From Lama glama (taxonomy: Eukaryota), in the NCBI GenBank assembly GCA_028534125.1, contig CM052816.1, positions 56,360,001 through 56,424,000 of the forward strand: a stretch of 64,000 nt of DNA. The letters run 5' to 3'. The notes under the pieces were generated by a model, which saw only the letters and a list, made by a program, of their open reading frames with translations, was not told where the DNA came from and did no database searches. The translations under genes were made by a program, and so were the position numbers. Each line of letters opens with the position of its first letter. The first letter of the stretch is position 1. Shown piece after piece: positions 48,541-61,318 of the stretch.

Positions 48541-50300
48541 GAATGTATGTGCTTGCGTGAGGCGAGGTGTGGGCAGCTGTGTGAAACGACAGGGAGTGGC
48601 GGAGACCGTGGCGGGGCTGGTGAGTCCGTCCTGGCTGGAAGGACAAACGCTCTTCAGTGCCAGCGGACCGCTGCCCTGTGGGGCTATTCACTGTGTCGCC
48701 AGATGTTCTGAATTTTTAAGTAAAGCCAGGATTTTGGTTTTCAAATGTGATATTTTCCAGTTTTATGATGACATGTGGGCAAACGAAAGATGTCTGTGGG
48801 CTGAATTTGACCTACGGATCACCAGTTTTGACCAGGTGACCCCAAGTTTAAGGAAACAATTCAGAAATGACCTCAGAAGGCAGGGCACGACTGGAGAGCA
48901 AACACGCAGAGTGCTGAACCAGGAGCCGGGACACCTGGCTGGCTGTCGTGGCCAGACTCTTGCTGTTTGACCTTGAGCCGGGCCTCAGTTCCCACACTTG
49001 TCAGGTGAGGAGACGGAACGAGTCCCTGGCAGCAGAGGTGATGGAAGATTTCAGGTCTGAGTGTCATCCTCTGTAAACATCAGGAATCACGGCCAAGGTA
49101 ATTAGTCTCCACCTGGCTACTTCTAAGTGCCTCATCTTACAGAGTCACAGAGAGATTGAGTGTAATTAAGGACTTAAATGCGTAGAAGTGGATACAACAT
49201 CCCCATGTCTTAGGAAAAGCTGTTCAAACCGGGGGAAGGAAAAAAAAAAAACAAACAAGAAGAAAACAGAAAGGAATTGCTCCAGATGAATCTTTAAAAA
49301 CATTGACCAAAGAGGGTAAAAACGTCACCCTTTCAGAATCTAAATTATCATGGTGCTCCTTTGCTCTCTGCACTGGAGTTGTCACTGCAGGGTTTTCTTG
49401 GCTACTTCTTTTTTTCTTTTTTTTTTTTTCCAGTGTTTCAAGGATATGGTATGGTAGACATAGACAAATAAGAAGAATTATTAAACTTATACTAGGTGCC
49501 AGGGACTTTACATAGACAGGCATTTCTGCGGTAACACAAACTAACACTTCCCAGAAAATTTTGCCGCCTGCGAAAGTCAGTATAAAAAAATAATAGCATT
49601 TATGGGAAAAATAGGGCCAAGATAGACTGTTCAAATCCCATGCGATACTGCTGAACCCAAACAATCACTGCCACCTGGGAACGTTACTTGGACCACACTG
49701 GCAGCAGCTCAGTGGCCAGAAGCTCCCACAGAGGGCATTAAAATCCACAAAAGCAAGAGAGATGAGAAGCTGGCAACTTTTTAATTAGTCCAGCACTGGC
49801 AGGGGCAGAGAGAGGGCAAAGGAAGTGGAGCTCTGAGTCAGTGGGGCTACTGTCAAGATGGACACAGGAGGCAGGACAGCCTCCCCCATGCTGAGAGCTC
49901 CAGAGGCTGGGATGTGCCTAACCAAGGAGGCAGCCCTGGAGGCAGGAGCCAGTTCTCAGTTTCCTGGAATACGGCAAAAAGGTGCCCACTGAGGAGGCAG
50001 CTGCCCCGCCCCTGGCCTTCTTTCCCACTGAAGTTTATGGCTCCACTTCTGCTATTCCAGCTCCTCTTGCTTAGGAAAACCCACCTATGATACGGTGAAA
50101 ACCAGTGTGCAATTTTTATATTGCAAGGTGAAACCTTAATGTGCAATTATGTGCAGTTTAATGGGCAATTTTTGCATTCCACTGACATCATTGCTTTATA
50201 GCCGATCCCTGATGGGGTCATTCATGCTGCAGAAATGCTCATGGTAGCAGAACAGGTGCATTATATTGTTTCAGTCTCACAGCTTGTTGAGGTATTGGAG

Positions 50301-50482
50301 CCGTGGCTCTCACGTTAGTGTGCCTCAGCCTCACCTGGAGGGCTTGTTAAAACAGATTGCTGGGTGTTATCCCCAGAGTTTCTGATTCAGTATTTCTGCG
50401 TGGGGTGCCCAAATTTGCACTTCTAAGAAGTTCTCAGATGCTACTGATGCTGCTGGCCCAGGACTACATTTCAGAACTACTG
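50301..50482. mobile_element. MER5A hAT-Charlie element
   Basis: tcacctggagggcttgttaaaacagattgctggg...ccccagagtttctgattcagta...tttgcacttctaagaagttctcagatg. Confidence 0.88.
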
Positions 50483-51589
50483 TGCTAGAGGAAACGGATC
50501 ATTGGCCAGATTTTCTGACTTGCCCCAGGCTGCTGCAGGAATGGGCCCAAGGTGGTCCTAAATCTTGAGCCTACTGAGGCCAATATGCCTGGGAAACTGA
50601 CCTTCAATGAGCTACAAACACTTAGGAATGTGCTGGGTTGGCTGCTATAATTACTTGTACCTGGTCAGCAGGCAGGCACGTAGCTCAGGCAATCAATAGG
50701 GCTGGGCTTGTGGTCAGCAGCTATACATTGTGGGGACCTGGGGAGTCTCTTCCTCCACTGAGGGGTACGCTGGGTGGTCTCCTGTTTGGTAAGACATCTT
50801 GGCAAATTTTGGTATCCTTTGCTGTTTAAGAACGTAAACCTAGTGTACGTCTATCACAGTTGCACCGTCCACACACAACCTTCCTGCCAAAGCTGCTGGC
50901 AAGCACCCAGCCCTAGGATTTGGACCTGGGCACTCTGACTGCGGTATCCAGGTCCTGTCCCATCAGGGCACACTAATCCCTAAAGAATTTCCTGAAGGAA
51001 CCAAGCAGGGAGTTTACCCGTGACTTGCTTATGTTCATGTTTAGTGTGGCTTGTTTCAGGGAGATAGGAGACAAGGGGTTAATGTTGTGGCTGAAGATAA
51101 AGCCCCAGCGTGACTATCAGATCTCTCAAAAATTGACGTTACTGGCTTTGTTTAAGGTATGAAATATATGGGGCAAAGGACATGTGGTATGCTCACAGAA
51201 GTAAGAAGGCTGTTCATTTTCATCATGAAAAACTCCCACCTGCAGGAAGCTGCAGTTGATTCCTACATTAGGGTTCTGAGGCTGTACGCTGAATTAGGAA
51301 TAGAAAAAAAAATGTGTTGGTTATTTCAGGAGGTGTTCCCTCACCCTGAGAGTTTAAAGTATTTTTAATCCTTTTTTTGGGCACGTGATTTTTTATTTCT
51401 AAATGCAATGTAATGTTTAGGCATGCCGCTTGGGATGGCATTTAAAAAAAAATTGGCCATTTTTCAAAATATCCTTTTAGTTTTAAGCTGGTCAGGAAAA
51501 ACAAATGATGTAAAAATATGTGAATAATTTTCTATTACAGAAATGAAAAACTGACTTGCATCTAAAAGTACAAGACGTGAACGTGAAGA

Positions 51590-51755
51590 CACGACAGAAA
51601 GAGCTGTCAGGAGGCAGACCAAGTGTGATTTGAATCCAGGCTCTGTCACTTACTGATGTGTGACACTGGGAAAGTTCTTTGTCTAGTCGGAGCCTCTGTC
51701 TCCTCTTCCACAAGGTGGTTTAGTAATACATACTTCACAAGGTTATCATGAGGAT
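51590..51755 (+). mobile_element. MIR SINE
   Basis: tttgaatccaggctctgtcacttactgatgtgtgacactgggaaagtt...cttcacaaggttatcatgaggat. Confidence 0.75.
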
Positions 51756-52435
51756 GAACAGGCCACCAGCAACGCAGATATGTTTCTGATATCCACAGCG
51801 TCCTGAGGCACAGACTAGCTCTCTCTTTGGTTTCCCACGAGTTGTCACAATTACCCAAGAAGCTGCCTGTCAAATGTGCTGCATCCAACTTTGAACTTGC
51901 TCCAGAAGAGCCAGAAACGAGGCAGCAGTACCATTTCAAGAAAACCGAAGTGAAGCCTGCTAGAAATTGGCTTGGTTGAGACTCTGTTTTAAAGCATCAC
52001 AAAGCTAGCAGTTTTCCCCTAACCTCTTGTTAACTATATACAAAGACTTAAGAAAAAAAAAAAAGAACGAAAAGAAAAGATGAAACACTAATACTGAAAA
52101 ATAACTAACCACTAAATTCCAGAATTATGAAAGAACTGCCGACAAATACAAGGCAGGTGGAGAGCACCAAGAATAACCAGCGTAGCTTTCACTTATACCA
52201 TAACTCTCCTTTGCCTCCATGATTTGGAGACCCAGGGCCAATGTCAAACAGAAGACTTAGTGCTGTGAAGGAAGCAGGGCCTGTCTTTCGGTTTTCCCCT
52301 CTCCTTCCTCCTGCTACCACCTGTGCCCCTTTCCCCCTGTCTTCATGCAGGCTTCCATCTTATTGTATTTAGGTCAGTACTCCAAGTCTCAGAAGTGACT
52401 GGGAAATAGAGGGGTGCTGGCGATGGTCTAAGACC

Positions 52436-52871
52436 TGTGACTGTGGAAAATACACCCCAAGGTGACTCCAAAGAGTCACACCCTTGAATAATCCCCTCTC
52501 CCTGAGTGCAGGCAGTACCCATGACTGGCTTCTACTGAGAAAGAACGGCCAAGGTGATGGATGTCACCCCTGTGGTCATCTTAGAGAGAGAGGGTCTTCC
52601 GCTGGCCTGGAGGGTGGAAGCCACCCTGTTGTGGGAGGGGGCCACAAGCGAGGACCTGTGGAGCACCCCCAGCTGACAGCCGGTAACAATGGAGGGCCTC
52701 CCGTCCTGCTGCTACAAGGAACTGAATTCTGCTGACAACCTTGTGAGCTTGGAAGAGGACCCTACGATCCGGAAAGGAACACATCACAGGAACTGTGAGA
52801 TAACAGGCGTGTGTCATTTTATGTTGCTGGCTTGTGGTTGTCTATTGTGCAGCAAAAGAAAAGCGACAGAG
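52436..52871 (+). mobile_element. MLT1F/G/H-like MaLR LTR
   Basis: aatcccctctccctgagtgcagg...gactggcttcta...caaggaactgaattctgctgacaaccttgtgagcttggaagagga...ggaactgtgagataa. Confidence 0.8.
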
Positions 52872-53139
52872 TGAGTTACTGTATCTGAAGCAAGCGTTGC
52901 GCGGGAGTAAATAAGAGCCTGGGGAGCAGGGCCTGCTGGGAATTTGGATGACTAAGTGGGTCTCTGAAGCCAGAAGGCAGATGGTGGAGGTCAGAGGAAG
53001 GCACCACCTCACGAAGACAGAAGTCAAGCCTGTGGGAAGCGGAAGTTTGCCTGGGAGCTGCAGATATGCAAATCTGTCCTTCAATTGTAAATTTGATGAA
53101 GATTCCATCACCGTGCCTGGGACCCAACTTGTAGGGATG

Positions 53140-54040
53140 GAAAGACAACCAATGTTTCATAAACTTACCAGGAAATACGCAGGAACAATAGAGAGAAATT
53201 TACAAAATCTTAGCGGGAGTGTGAAAAGAAGTCTTTCCACTGAAAATATTAAACTTTTTCTATGGATTCATCTATAAATTTCATGCAATTCCAATAAAAG
53301 TCTTAATGGAGTGTTATTTGAAACCTGATGAAATCTAAATTATTTGAAAGGATGATCACTTCAGAATTGCTAATATACTTTTTAAAAAAGAGCAATGATG
53401 AGGGACACTTTGTCTTATCAGAAAATAAAATACAGCTTAAAAATACAATAATTGTAACTGTATCATATTAGTTCAGGAACAGTCAGGCAGAGGATGGAAC
53501 AGAAGTCCAGAAGAGACCCAAGGATAGGTGCATTTGTTGTATTTTGGTGTATGATAAAGATATTTCATTTCTAATGATTGGGCAAAGGCTGGATAGTTTG
53601 CCAATGGTGTTGGGAAAAATGACTAACTGATTGGGGCAAACTATATCACTACCTCATACATGCCTCACACAAAAATAAATTCTGATCAATTTTGCATTGA
53701 ACTGTAAAAGATGAAAATTTATAGATTTAATAAAATATAGATAATAATTCTGGTGTCTGGGAGCGGAAAAGGCATTCCCAAGCATGATGCCAAAGCCAAG
53801 AATCATAAAGGAAAGGATTATTATAGTTGACCACATGAACTATGAGAACTTTTGTAATGGTATAAAATCCCAAATCAGAAAAAACAAAACAAAACAAAAA
53901 ACCCTGAAAGGCAAAACAAATAGAGAAAAAAAATATGAAATGCCAGGTGGTGTTAAACTTTGAGCTTTTACTAATCAGAAAAAGATAACCAACTGAAAAA
54001 AAAATAATGCAAGACTAAAAAGAGACAGCTGCAAAATACA
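53140..54040 (+). mobile_element. Degenerate ancient L1M ORF2-region fragment
   Basis: attcatctataaatttcatgcaattccaataaaa; aaagagcaatgatgagggacactt; caatggtgttgggaaaaatg; aaggcattcccaagcatgatgccaaagcc. Confidence 0.75.
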
Positions 54041-54329
54041 CCAGTCCACGTGTTTGCTTTTTCTTTCCTTTCAGAAATCACAATTTTTTCAGGCTTCCCG
54101 GAGCAGCCGTGTTGGGGGCACGAAGCTGCTGGCCGGTGTCGCAGTAGGTTTGGGGAGATGTACAGTTCTAATCATCTTCCTATTAAGGTTCGTATTCTTC
54201 CACATTGCCCAGGAATATCCAGCAAATGACCAAGCCTTTTTTAAATTAAAGTAATCTCACTAAATGGAGATTTTATACCCGCCCACACTTTTACTCTAAA
54301 GAATGCATTTGTTACTAAAGCTCAGTTAT

Positions 54330-54800
54330 TAAGATTATTTTTCAAAATGACTATGGCTTTATCTTTTTACATTTATGATTGGGAAAGAAATTCATGCTTT
54401 TTGTGAAGACATAAGTGCTGTTCAGAAAGATGTAAAGAAGACAGTAAAAATACCCTTATCTTGCCTTTCAAAGATAGCCTCCGTTTTCTCTGTTTATTTA
54501 TATTCATATTTTTACAAAAATGAGATCATACTTTTTCCCTGTTCAACAATAATCATGAATATCTTTCTACGTTAATAAATGTAGCTCTACCTCATCATTT
54601 TAAATGGATGTATATTATTTGCATATTATTCTTCAAAATGAATGTGCTATAATTAATTTAACTAGTCTATTACTGATAAAATTTAGGATTTTTTTTTAAC
54701 CAGTATAAAGAACTCTGTAACTGGCTCCTTACACATATTCTTGGCTATGGGTCCGGTTATTTCCCAAGAATAAGTTCCTAGAACAGAGAGAGTCAGTCAT
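54330..54800 (-). mobile_element. Ancient L1ME-like 3' fragment
   Basis: tttttacaaaaatgagatcatac...aataaatgtagctctacctcatcattttaaatgg. Confidence 0.6.
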
Positions 54801-54842
54801 CCCAAGGGAAGAAAGAGACAAGATGATCTGAGGTAAAAAAAA

Positions 54843-55342
54843 NNNNNNNNNNNNNNNNNNNNNNNNNNNNNNNNNNNNNNNNNNNNNNNNNNNNNNNNNN
54901 NNNNNNNNNNNNNNNNNNNNNNNNNNNNNNNNNNNNNNNNNNNNNNNNNNNNNNNNNNNNNNNNNNNNNNNNNNNNNNNNNNNNNNNNNNNNNNNNNNNN
55001 NNNNNNNNNNNNNNNNNNNNNNNNNNNNNNNNNNNNNNNNNNNNNNNNNNNNNNNNNNNNNNNNNNNNNNNNNNNNNNNNNNNNNNNNNNNNNNNNNNNN
55101 NNNNNNNNNNNNNNNNNNNNNNNNNNNNNNNNNNNNNNNNNNNNNNNNNNNNNNNNNNNNNNNNNNNNNNNNNNNNNNNNNNNNNNNNNNNNNNNNNNNN
55201 NNNNNNNNNNNNNNNNNNNNNNNNNNNNNNNNNNNNNNNNNNNNNNNNNNNNNNNNNNNNNNNNNNNNNNNNNNNNNNNNNNNNNNNNNNNNNNNNNNNN
55301 NNNNNNNNNNNNNNNNNNNNNNNNNNNNNNNNNNNNNNNNNN
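54843..55342. other. Assembly gap (500 N)
   Basis: Run of N. Confidence 1.
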
Positions 55343-56529
55343 TAAATGTTTGAAATTTTCCACTCTCATAAAACAAAAGGACAGAGTTATCCCTCATGTA
55401 AGTCTTAGGTTTCCTCAGCTCTAAACGTAGAGTCTGCCCACTTTGTAGCTACAGTCCCAGACAAGTTCCTATTGCTTTATGTGGCTACCTTTTCTCTCCA
55501 TCTGTCATTCCTGCCTAAGTTCCTATTCCTTTCAGAAATTTTTGTAACTCTAATAGAGTTTGCATTTTGGCCTCTTTGTTTCTTCTGGTTGTAACTTTTA
55601 AAAAAGATTAATCAGTAAACAACAATTTATGTTAATGAGAGTCATGAGAAATCCACAGGAAGTAGAGACATCAGTCTTTGCGCCCCTGCTGTTCGTGGTC
55701 TTGTACCTCGGGTATGAGGTCACCTGATACTCTGCTTTTAGAAGTAGGTTTATGAAGCAAGAGATGTTGGACATTCACGTCATGGTTAACCCAGACTTAG
55801 AGGTCTTCCTCTGCCTTTTCTGATGAGCAGGTGGTTCCTTGACAAGGACGAGACCAAGGGCCATGTGCTCCTGAGAACACTTGGAATTGTCTCTTGGGGG
55901 GCATCCCGGCTTCTGGCTCAAAGTCATTGTGTTTATCTGCCAGTAACCCTGCGGCAATGGAGTGCTAAATTAAGAGGTAAAGCCAACATTCTCTCTGGGG
56001 TTGGCTGCCTCCCTCTTGACTCAGAGGAGAAAGGTAGGTCTGGATTTTGGCACAGTTGAGAATATGGGAGCAACCACAGGCCGTCTCCTCCAGGCTGCTA
56101 GTCATAGTTTGGGTGTCATTTGCTTTAGGCAGCAACAAGGATTTGCTAAGCCCCCGTGCGATGCACGGCAGTGGATTAAGGACTCAGATTATGCTGAGGT
56201 TCTGACTGTGCACTTCCATCTTCTCCTTTTGCTGGAGGTAACGAAACGTTCACAATATTATCTTTCTATTTAGAGTCACGACTCCTTTCTGCCCTCTAAT
56301 CCCATAGTGATCTGATGATGAGTAAGGAAGCCATCATTCCAGCGAGCCAACATTAGGTATCCTGTCTGTCCTCTGGCAACGAGAGGACCGAATGTCTGCT
56401 GAATCAGGAAAGAACAATTTAACTGTAGTAAACCGACCTCCATTTGAAATCCAGAGACCTGAAACCAGACATGTATAGATGGAATCATGGCACATGGGAC
56501 TCAGAAGATAATTTAGTGATCACCTCGGC

Positions 56530-56698
56530 CAGTTGCTCTCAAACTTTAGCCTCCACCAGGATTACCAGGTAGGCTTGTCAAAATGCAGATGTTTCTGATT
56601 CTGTAAGTCTGGGGTGGGGCCTGAGAATTTCCACTGCTAACAAGTTCCCAGGGCAGGGTGATGCTCCTGGTCTGGGTACCACGCCTTGAGAACCGCTG
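56530..56698. mobile_element. MER5A hAT-Charlie element
   Basis: cagttgctctcaaacttt...tttctgattctgtaagtctggggtggggcctgagaattt...ctaacaagttcccagg...ttgagaaccgctg. Confidence 0.88.
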
Positions 56699-56934
56699 AT
56701 TTAGACAAGTGCTGTCCTTTACAATTAAGGAAACTGCAGTGGAGAAGTCAGTGGATTGTCCAAGGTGACTGGACTAATGGTCCAATTGAGAAAATGAAGG
56801 AGCTGAAAGTAAGTTCAGTTCTTTGGAGTTTAGGGTCATTGTTTGGCTTTCCATGTCACCTTTAAAGCCACAGATCAAGTGTATTCACAATAGTATGTAT
56901 TTGTTTGGGAAAAGTAGGACAAGAGAGCCTTCAA

Positions 56935-57150
56935 ATCTTTGCTTTCCTACTAGGTGACTGTTGACTTTGGGAAGTTGCGTAGCTTCTTTATGGTCTCAGT
57001 TTCTGTGAAATGGGATCATAGTCGTAGCAGCACTGGAGGATCCACTTCACAGAGTGGTTGTGAGGATTAAAATATAATATTATCTAAAGTTCTTAGAATT
57101 GTGCCTTGGACAGTGCTGTAATTACTCTTATTAAATGTTAGTTATTTTCA
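56935..57150 (+). mobile_element. MIR SINE
   Basis: tgactttgggaagtt...ctcagtttctgtgaaatgggat...gttgtgaggattaaa...cttagaattgtgcc...taaatgttagttatt. Confidence 0.75.
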
Positions 57151-60100
57151 ATGAAATGAAAATTTCCTATTACTGAAGTTTCACTCTGTCTGGTCAGACT
57201 GGTTGGCAGGAGGATAGAAAAGGTGACTAAGAGAGAAAAATTTCAGAACGTGGCTAATCCTAGAGCAGGTGATGCAAGACAATTTGATTTTAGATCTTCA
57301 CAGTGATCTGGTCCACCCCTCTCTTCTCACGTGGGAAACAGAGAAGTCACGACGAAATGAAGGGACTTGTCTAAGCTTTCATAGCCAATTAGCAACACTG
57401 CCAGTTTGAGGACTCAGTTTAATCAATTACTTTCTCACTCTGCGCAGTATTTGTGAAAGTGGTATTATAGTATCCATATCCAGACTTGCCTCGATTTCCT
57501 ACGCTGGGAACTTAGCTGAACTATTTGGTTGACAGTGGACGACCACTGCAGCATCATTTTTTATTTGCTCTGAATGCCTTTTTCCTGGACACTTTTTGTT
57601 GTTATCCTTGTGGTTCTGCAGTAGGGTAAAATGAGATGACTTTATCTGCATTAAGTTCTAAAAATACTCACAAGAGGATTTGAATCTGTTCCCGTTCCTC
57701 CACACTTTCTCCCCCTGGAGTCTTCCTTGTCTTGAAAGGAGTCAAAGCCATTAAAACCAACTTTTATTCCATTTTAAAATAGGCACTCATTTAAAGTATC
57801 GAAATTCCTGTTTGGACAGCAAAAGGTTAACAGTGCATAGAAAAAATTCCAGCAGCCCACAAATCTAAGCATAATTATGTATGAACATGAGGCTTTTATT
57901 GCTGTCAAAATTAATCACTTTTCAACTTCCAGCTGTTAAAACCCTTCTGGCAGTTCTCCAAGCAATTCCCCTACAGTTACTTTTCCTTCAATTAAATTCT
58001 GGTGCAGCTCACAGGCTCTCGTTACATAAGCAGCAAGTTAAAAATGGACTTCTTGGGGTTTTCTTCTTCTTCTTTTTTTTTTTTTTTGGTCTTTGCTTAA
58101 AACTAGAAAATGACAGCATATGAAGTTTGTTCCACTGACTCTTTCAGCTTAACTTTTCCTTAAGCTTCAAGCCTAAAAAACAAGCAACGTGGGATTAAAG
58201 TATTAGTGTCGATTATAAAGCGCTTTACGTGTGTGTAGTGATTTGTAATCATTTTTATTAGCCATTTCTCTCCATTGTCCTCTGAGGTGCGTGAACGGGG
58301 TTATGTTTGCGCTCTGCGACCCCACCCACTTTTCTCCTCTAGAAACTGAGCAGGAAATGCAATTTACAAGTCTCCTGCCCCGGGTGTAGTCCCCGTGTTA
58401 GGATGGTAGTTACCCTCGAGGCTCCTTGAACGAAGTGTGCAGGTTTGTCGTGGTGGGAACACCCTTGGGAGGAGAAGCCAGCTGGGGTGACTGCAGCTGC
58501 CCTGCTTCCCGGAAGCTCCCGTGACGGACCACACCCCCGATTCCAGAAACAGCTGCAGGGAGGTGGACTGAGCTGTGAAGGGCAGAGGCCCACGGCCAAT
58601 CACGGCCACTGAGTTGAATATGACTCCTCAGTAGTTTCAGAAATGGCCCTGGGACATCATTTTGGTTTATGAATGGACATGAGTCCCCATCTTTGCAATG
58701 CTTGTGCACAGATATTGTGTTAGAGGTGCCGTCTTTCCACTCTTCATCCCTGTGATCCCCAAAGACTGGTCCTTCTCTGTGGGGATGGGTGAGGGCTACA
58801 GCTTTGCTCGACAGGGAATGGGGATCACCATCCCTTTCCTTCCCCAGTGTACTGGGGCACAGGCTCTTCAACATTTGAATGAGTTTAGCCAGTTTCCTTT
58901 CCCTGGTTTGTCCCTCTCACTCCCTCGGATGGTGCCTCTCTGAGTCTGGGGTGGAGGGTACCTTCCCTGGCCACTCCTGTAGGTCTCTGTAACTTCCTCC
59001 CCAGCCCTGCTCCCTGCACTTACTGTGTGTTGGAATGCTGTGATGGACAGATGTCTCCAGTTTGCAGTCTCTGTAATTTGTGCTACCATCCTCTAATTTT
59101 ATGCAAAATTAGCATATTTCCAGATGCTGATTCCTTCCTGAGCCTTTCTACCTGATAGGAACAGCTGGTGTGAAAGCTGAAACTGGGCAGGAGGTATGAA
59201 GATGTTTTTGTGGCAGAGATAAAAGAGTAGAGAGGAATGGCGTGTCAAAGAAAAAGTAAGAAAGGCTGCAGCCAGCACCTTGGAGTGACTGTCCGTTTCA
59301 GCGCGGCTCTGTGGTTCTGCACTAATCCATATTTATGTAGTTGGAAAGGGAGACTGCAGACGCGGGAGACAACTTCATTCTACTCCCATCATCCATACTC
59401 CACAGTGGCTCATCATGGAAGACTTGGGCTGTGAAAACCTGAGCCAGTCTCGGCTTAGGATATTGAGCAACAGTCTTTGTCCAAACAGAAGCCTCGCTGG
59501 CCAGCGGACTGGGGAGTCACGTGTTTGCTGTAGCACCGTGGTTAACGAGAGCCTGCTGGTCAAGCCGTATCCAGGCTCACCCAGCCCAAGGAAATGGCTC
59601 AAGGCTGGAGCACCTCAGCCGGAATACGAAGGGACACATTCACCAAGAAGTCATTAGCATCTCTGTCTCTTTACTGCACTTTGCACTGCAGGGGAAAATC
59701 TGTGCCCACCTGCCCCTTCTGCTCTGTCAGTTAGCTGTTAGCTTGCTCTACTGTGACTGCGTTGATCTACTCCAGCCAGGGACAGTTGGACAAATCTTCC
59801 TAAGGCTGACGTGGTGGCCTAGAGAGGACTGAGTCGATTAATACCTGCTCTGCCTCTGACACCCAGGGGCCGAGGCTCTTCCACTGGGAAGCCGCCAAGA
59901 CATCTGAGAGTTACAGGACGGGGGTCATGTGAGAGGGCCAAGGCTAGGAAGAACTGCTTGTGAAGTTTTGCCCTTCCGTTCAGTATTTAATAGACTTTGT
60001 CTTTTCTTAAAAACTGCCACATGGCAGAGTTTTCGTTAACTGGCTTATACGACATATGCATGGATACTATTGTCCAATGTAAATACCTCGCATGTATTTT

Positions 60101-61181
60101 ATGTGCTTGTTTCCTTAGTTTTGTAGGCTCTATGATTATAACTCTAAACATCTCACTAAATTCTACCCAGTGGTAATTACAAACAAATACATGTGCAATC
60201 AACACGTTGGGGAGAAGTTCTGTTTGGAGTTAGAGTCACTTTGCAGTTGGCAAAATACAGTTACACTAATTTATATTGCTCTTATTCCATCTGCTTTCTG
60301 GTTTAAAATGTCCTGGATTGCCTCAGACTCTGTATATGCCATATTTTCCATTTACAAAATTTTCCTGCATAATCCATTTCATTTTTCTGAGAGCTCTTGG
60401 AAAACGATATTGGTCAGTTCCAAATATGCAGAGGCCAGTTTTATGTGGTATGATTCCTGATCTTACAAATGGATGATGAAGTTGAAAAGAGATAACCAAG
60501 GGGGAACTTCTGGAGCTAAAAAGTGAGGGCCAGGGGCTCAGTGCAAATTCTGCCAACAAATGAAGAGTTTGGAGCAGCTGGCCTGGGAGGAGGCAGAGCC
60601 CACGCATTTTTAAGCAAGTTTTTCTGAGATCTCCAACTTCCTACCACCACCCTCTGGTTGTGCTTAAATGCATGCTGCCTACACGCCTTCATGGATTTTT
60701 TTCTGGAGCCACAGAGGCATGAACGTTTAGGAATCTTTTCTTCACCACTTAGTCAAAGAAGGAGAGTAGAGATGAGTGAAAATGTTGAAGATAACAGGAA
60801 AACCTTACAGCATTAAAAAACAACAACAACAACATTTGTGTTTGATGCCTTGACCTGGCTTTGCCGCATAGTTACAGAAGTCCGTATAGTTCTAGGAGTG
60901 GAGCTGGGGGTGGGAGGGTGGGAGGTGCCTGCCAGGATCTGACACTTGTCCTACCTGCTCATTTGCCAGCAGTTACAGGCACCCACTTCTGGTCACAGTG
61001 ACTGGGGAGAAAAGTGGGGCAGGAAATCTCAGAGTGAAGACACTTATCAGGTCCAGCCATACTGCTTGAGTAAAGACAAATTGGCAGGCCCTTTTTTGGT
61101 GGTAGGTGTTGTTTGGAAGACAAATGTTAATTAGGAAGGATTTTTCCTTTTGGCCTCTTTGAGCATAAGACACCATTATTT

Positions 61182-61318
61182 TTTAAATTTTTATAATTCA
61201 TTTTTTATAGTTTTTAAATTGACATATAGTCAGTTTCAGCGTGTCAGTTTCTGGTGTACAGCATAATGTTTCAGTCATACATATACCTACATATATTAAT
61301 TTTCAAGTTCTTTTGCAT
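61182..61318 (-). mobile_element. Short 5'-truncated lineage-specific L1 with a perfect target-site duplication
   Basis: GACACCATTATTT at 61169-61181 and 61319-61331; gtcagtttctggtgtacagcataatgtttcagtcatacatatac is an L1 3' UTR motif. Confidence 0.9.

Noticed and set aside
48296..48970. 224-aa ORF, the longest without Ns
   Set aside because: It starts at TTG and runs through an MLT1 LTR, a hAT-like remnant and a MIR, so it is a repeat mosaic rather than coding sequence
11681..55397. Long ORFs containing X runs (near 11.7, 38.5-39.4 and 54.7-55.4 kb)
   Set aside because: Artefacts of reading through N gaps
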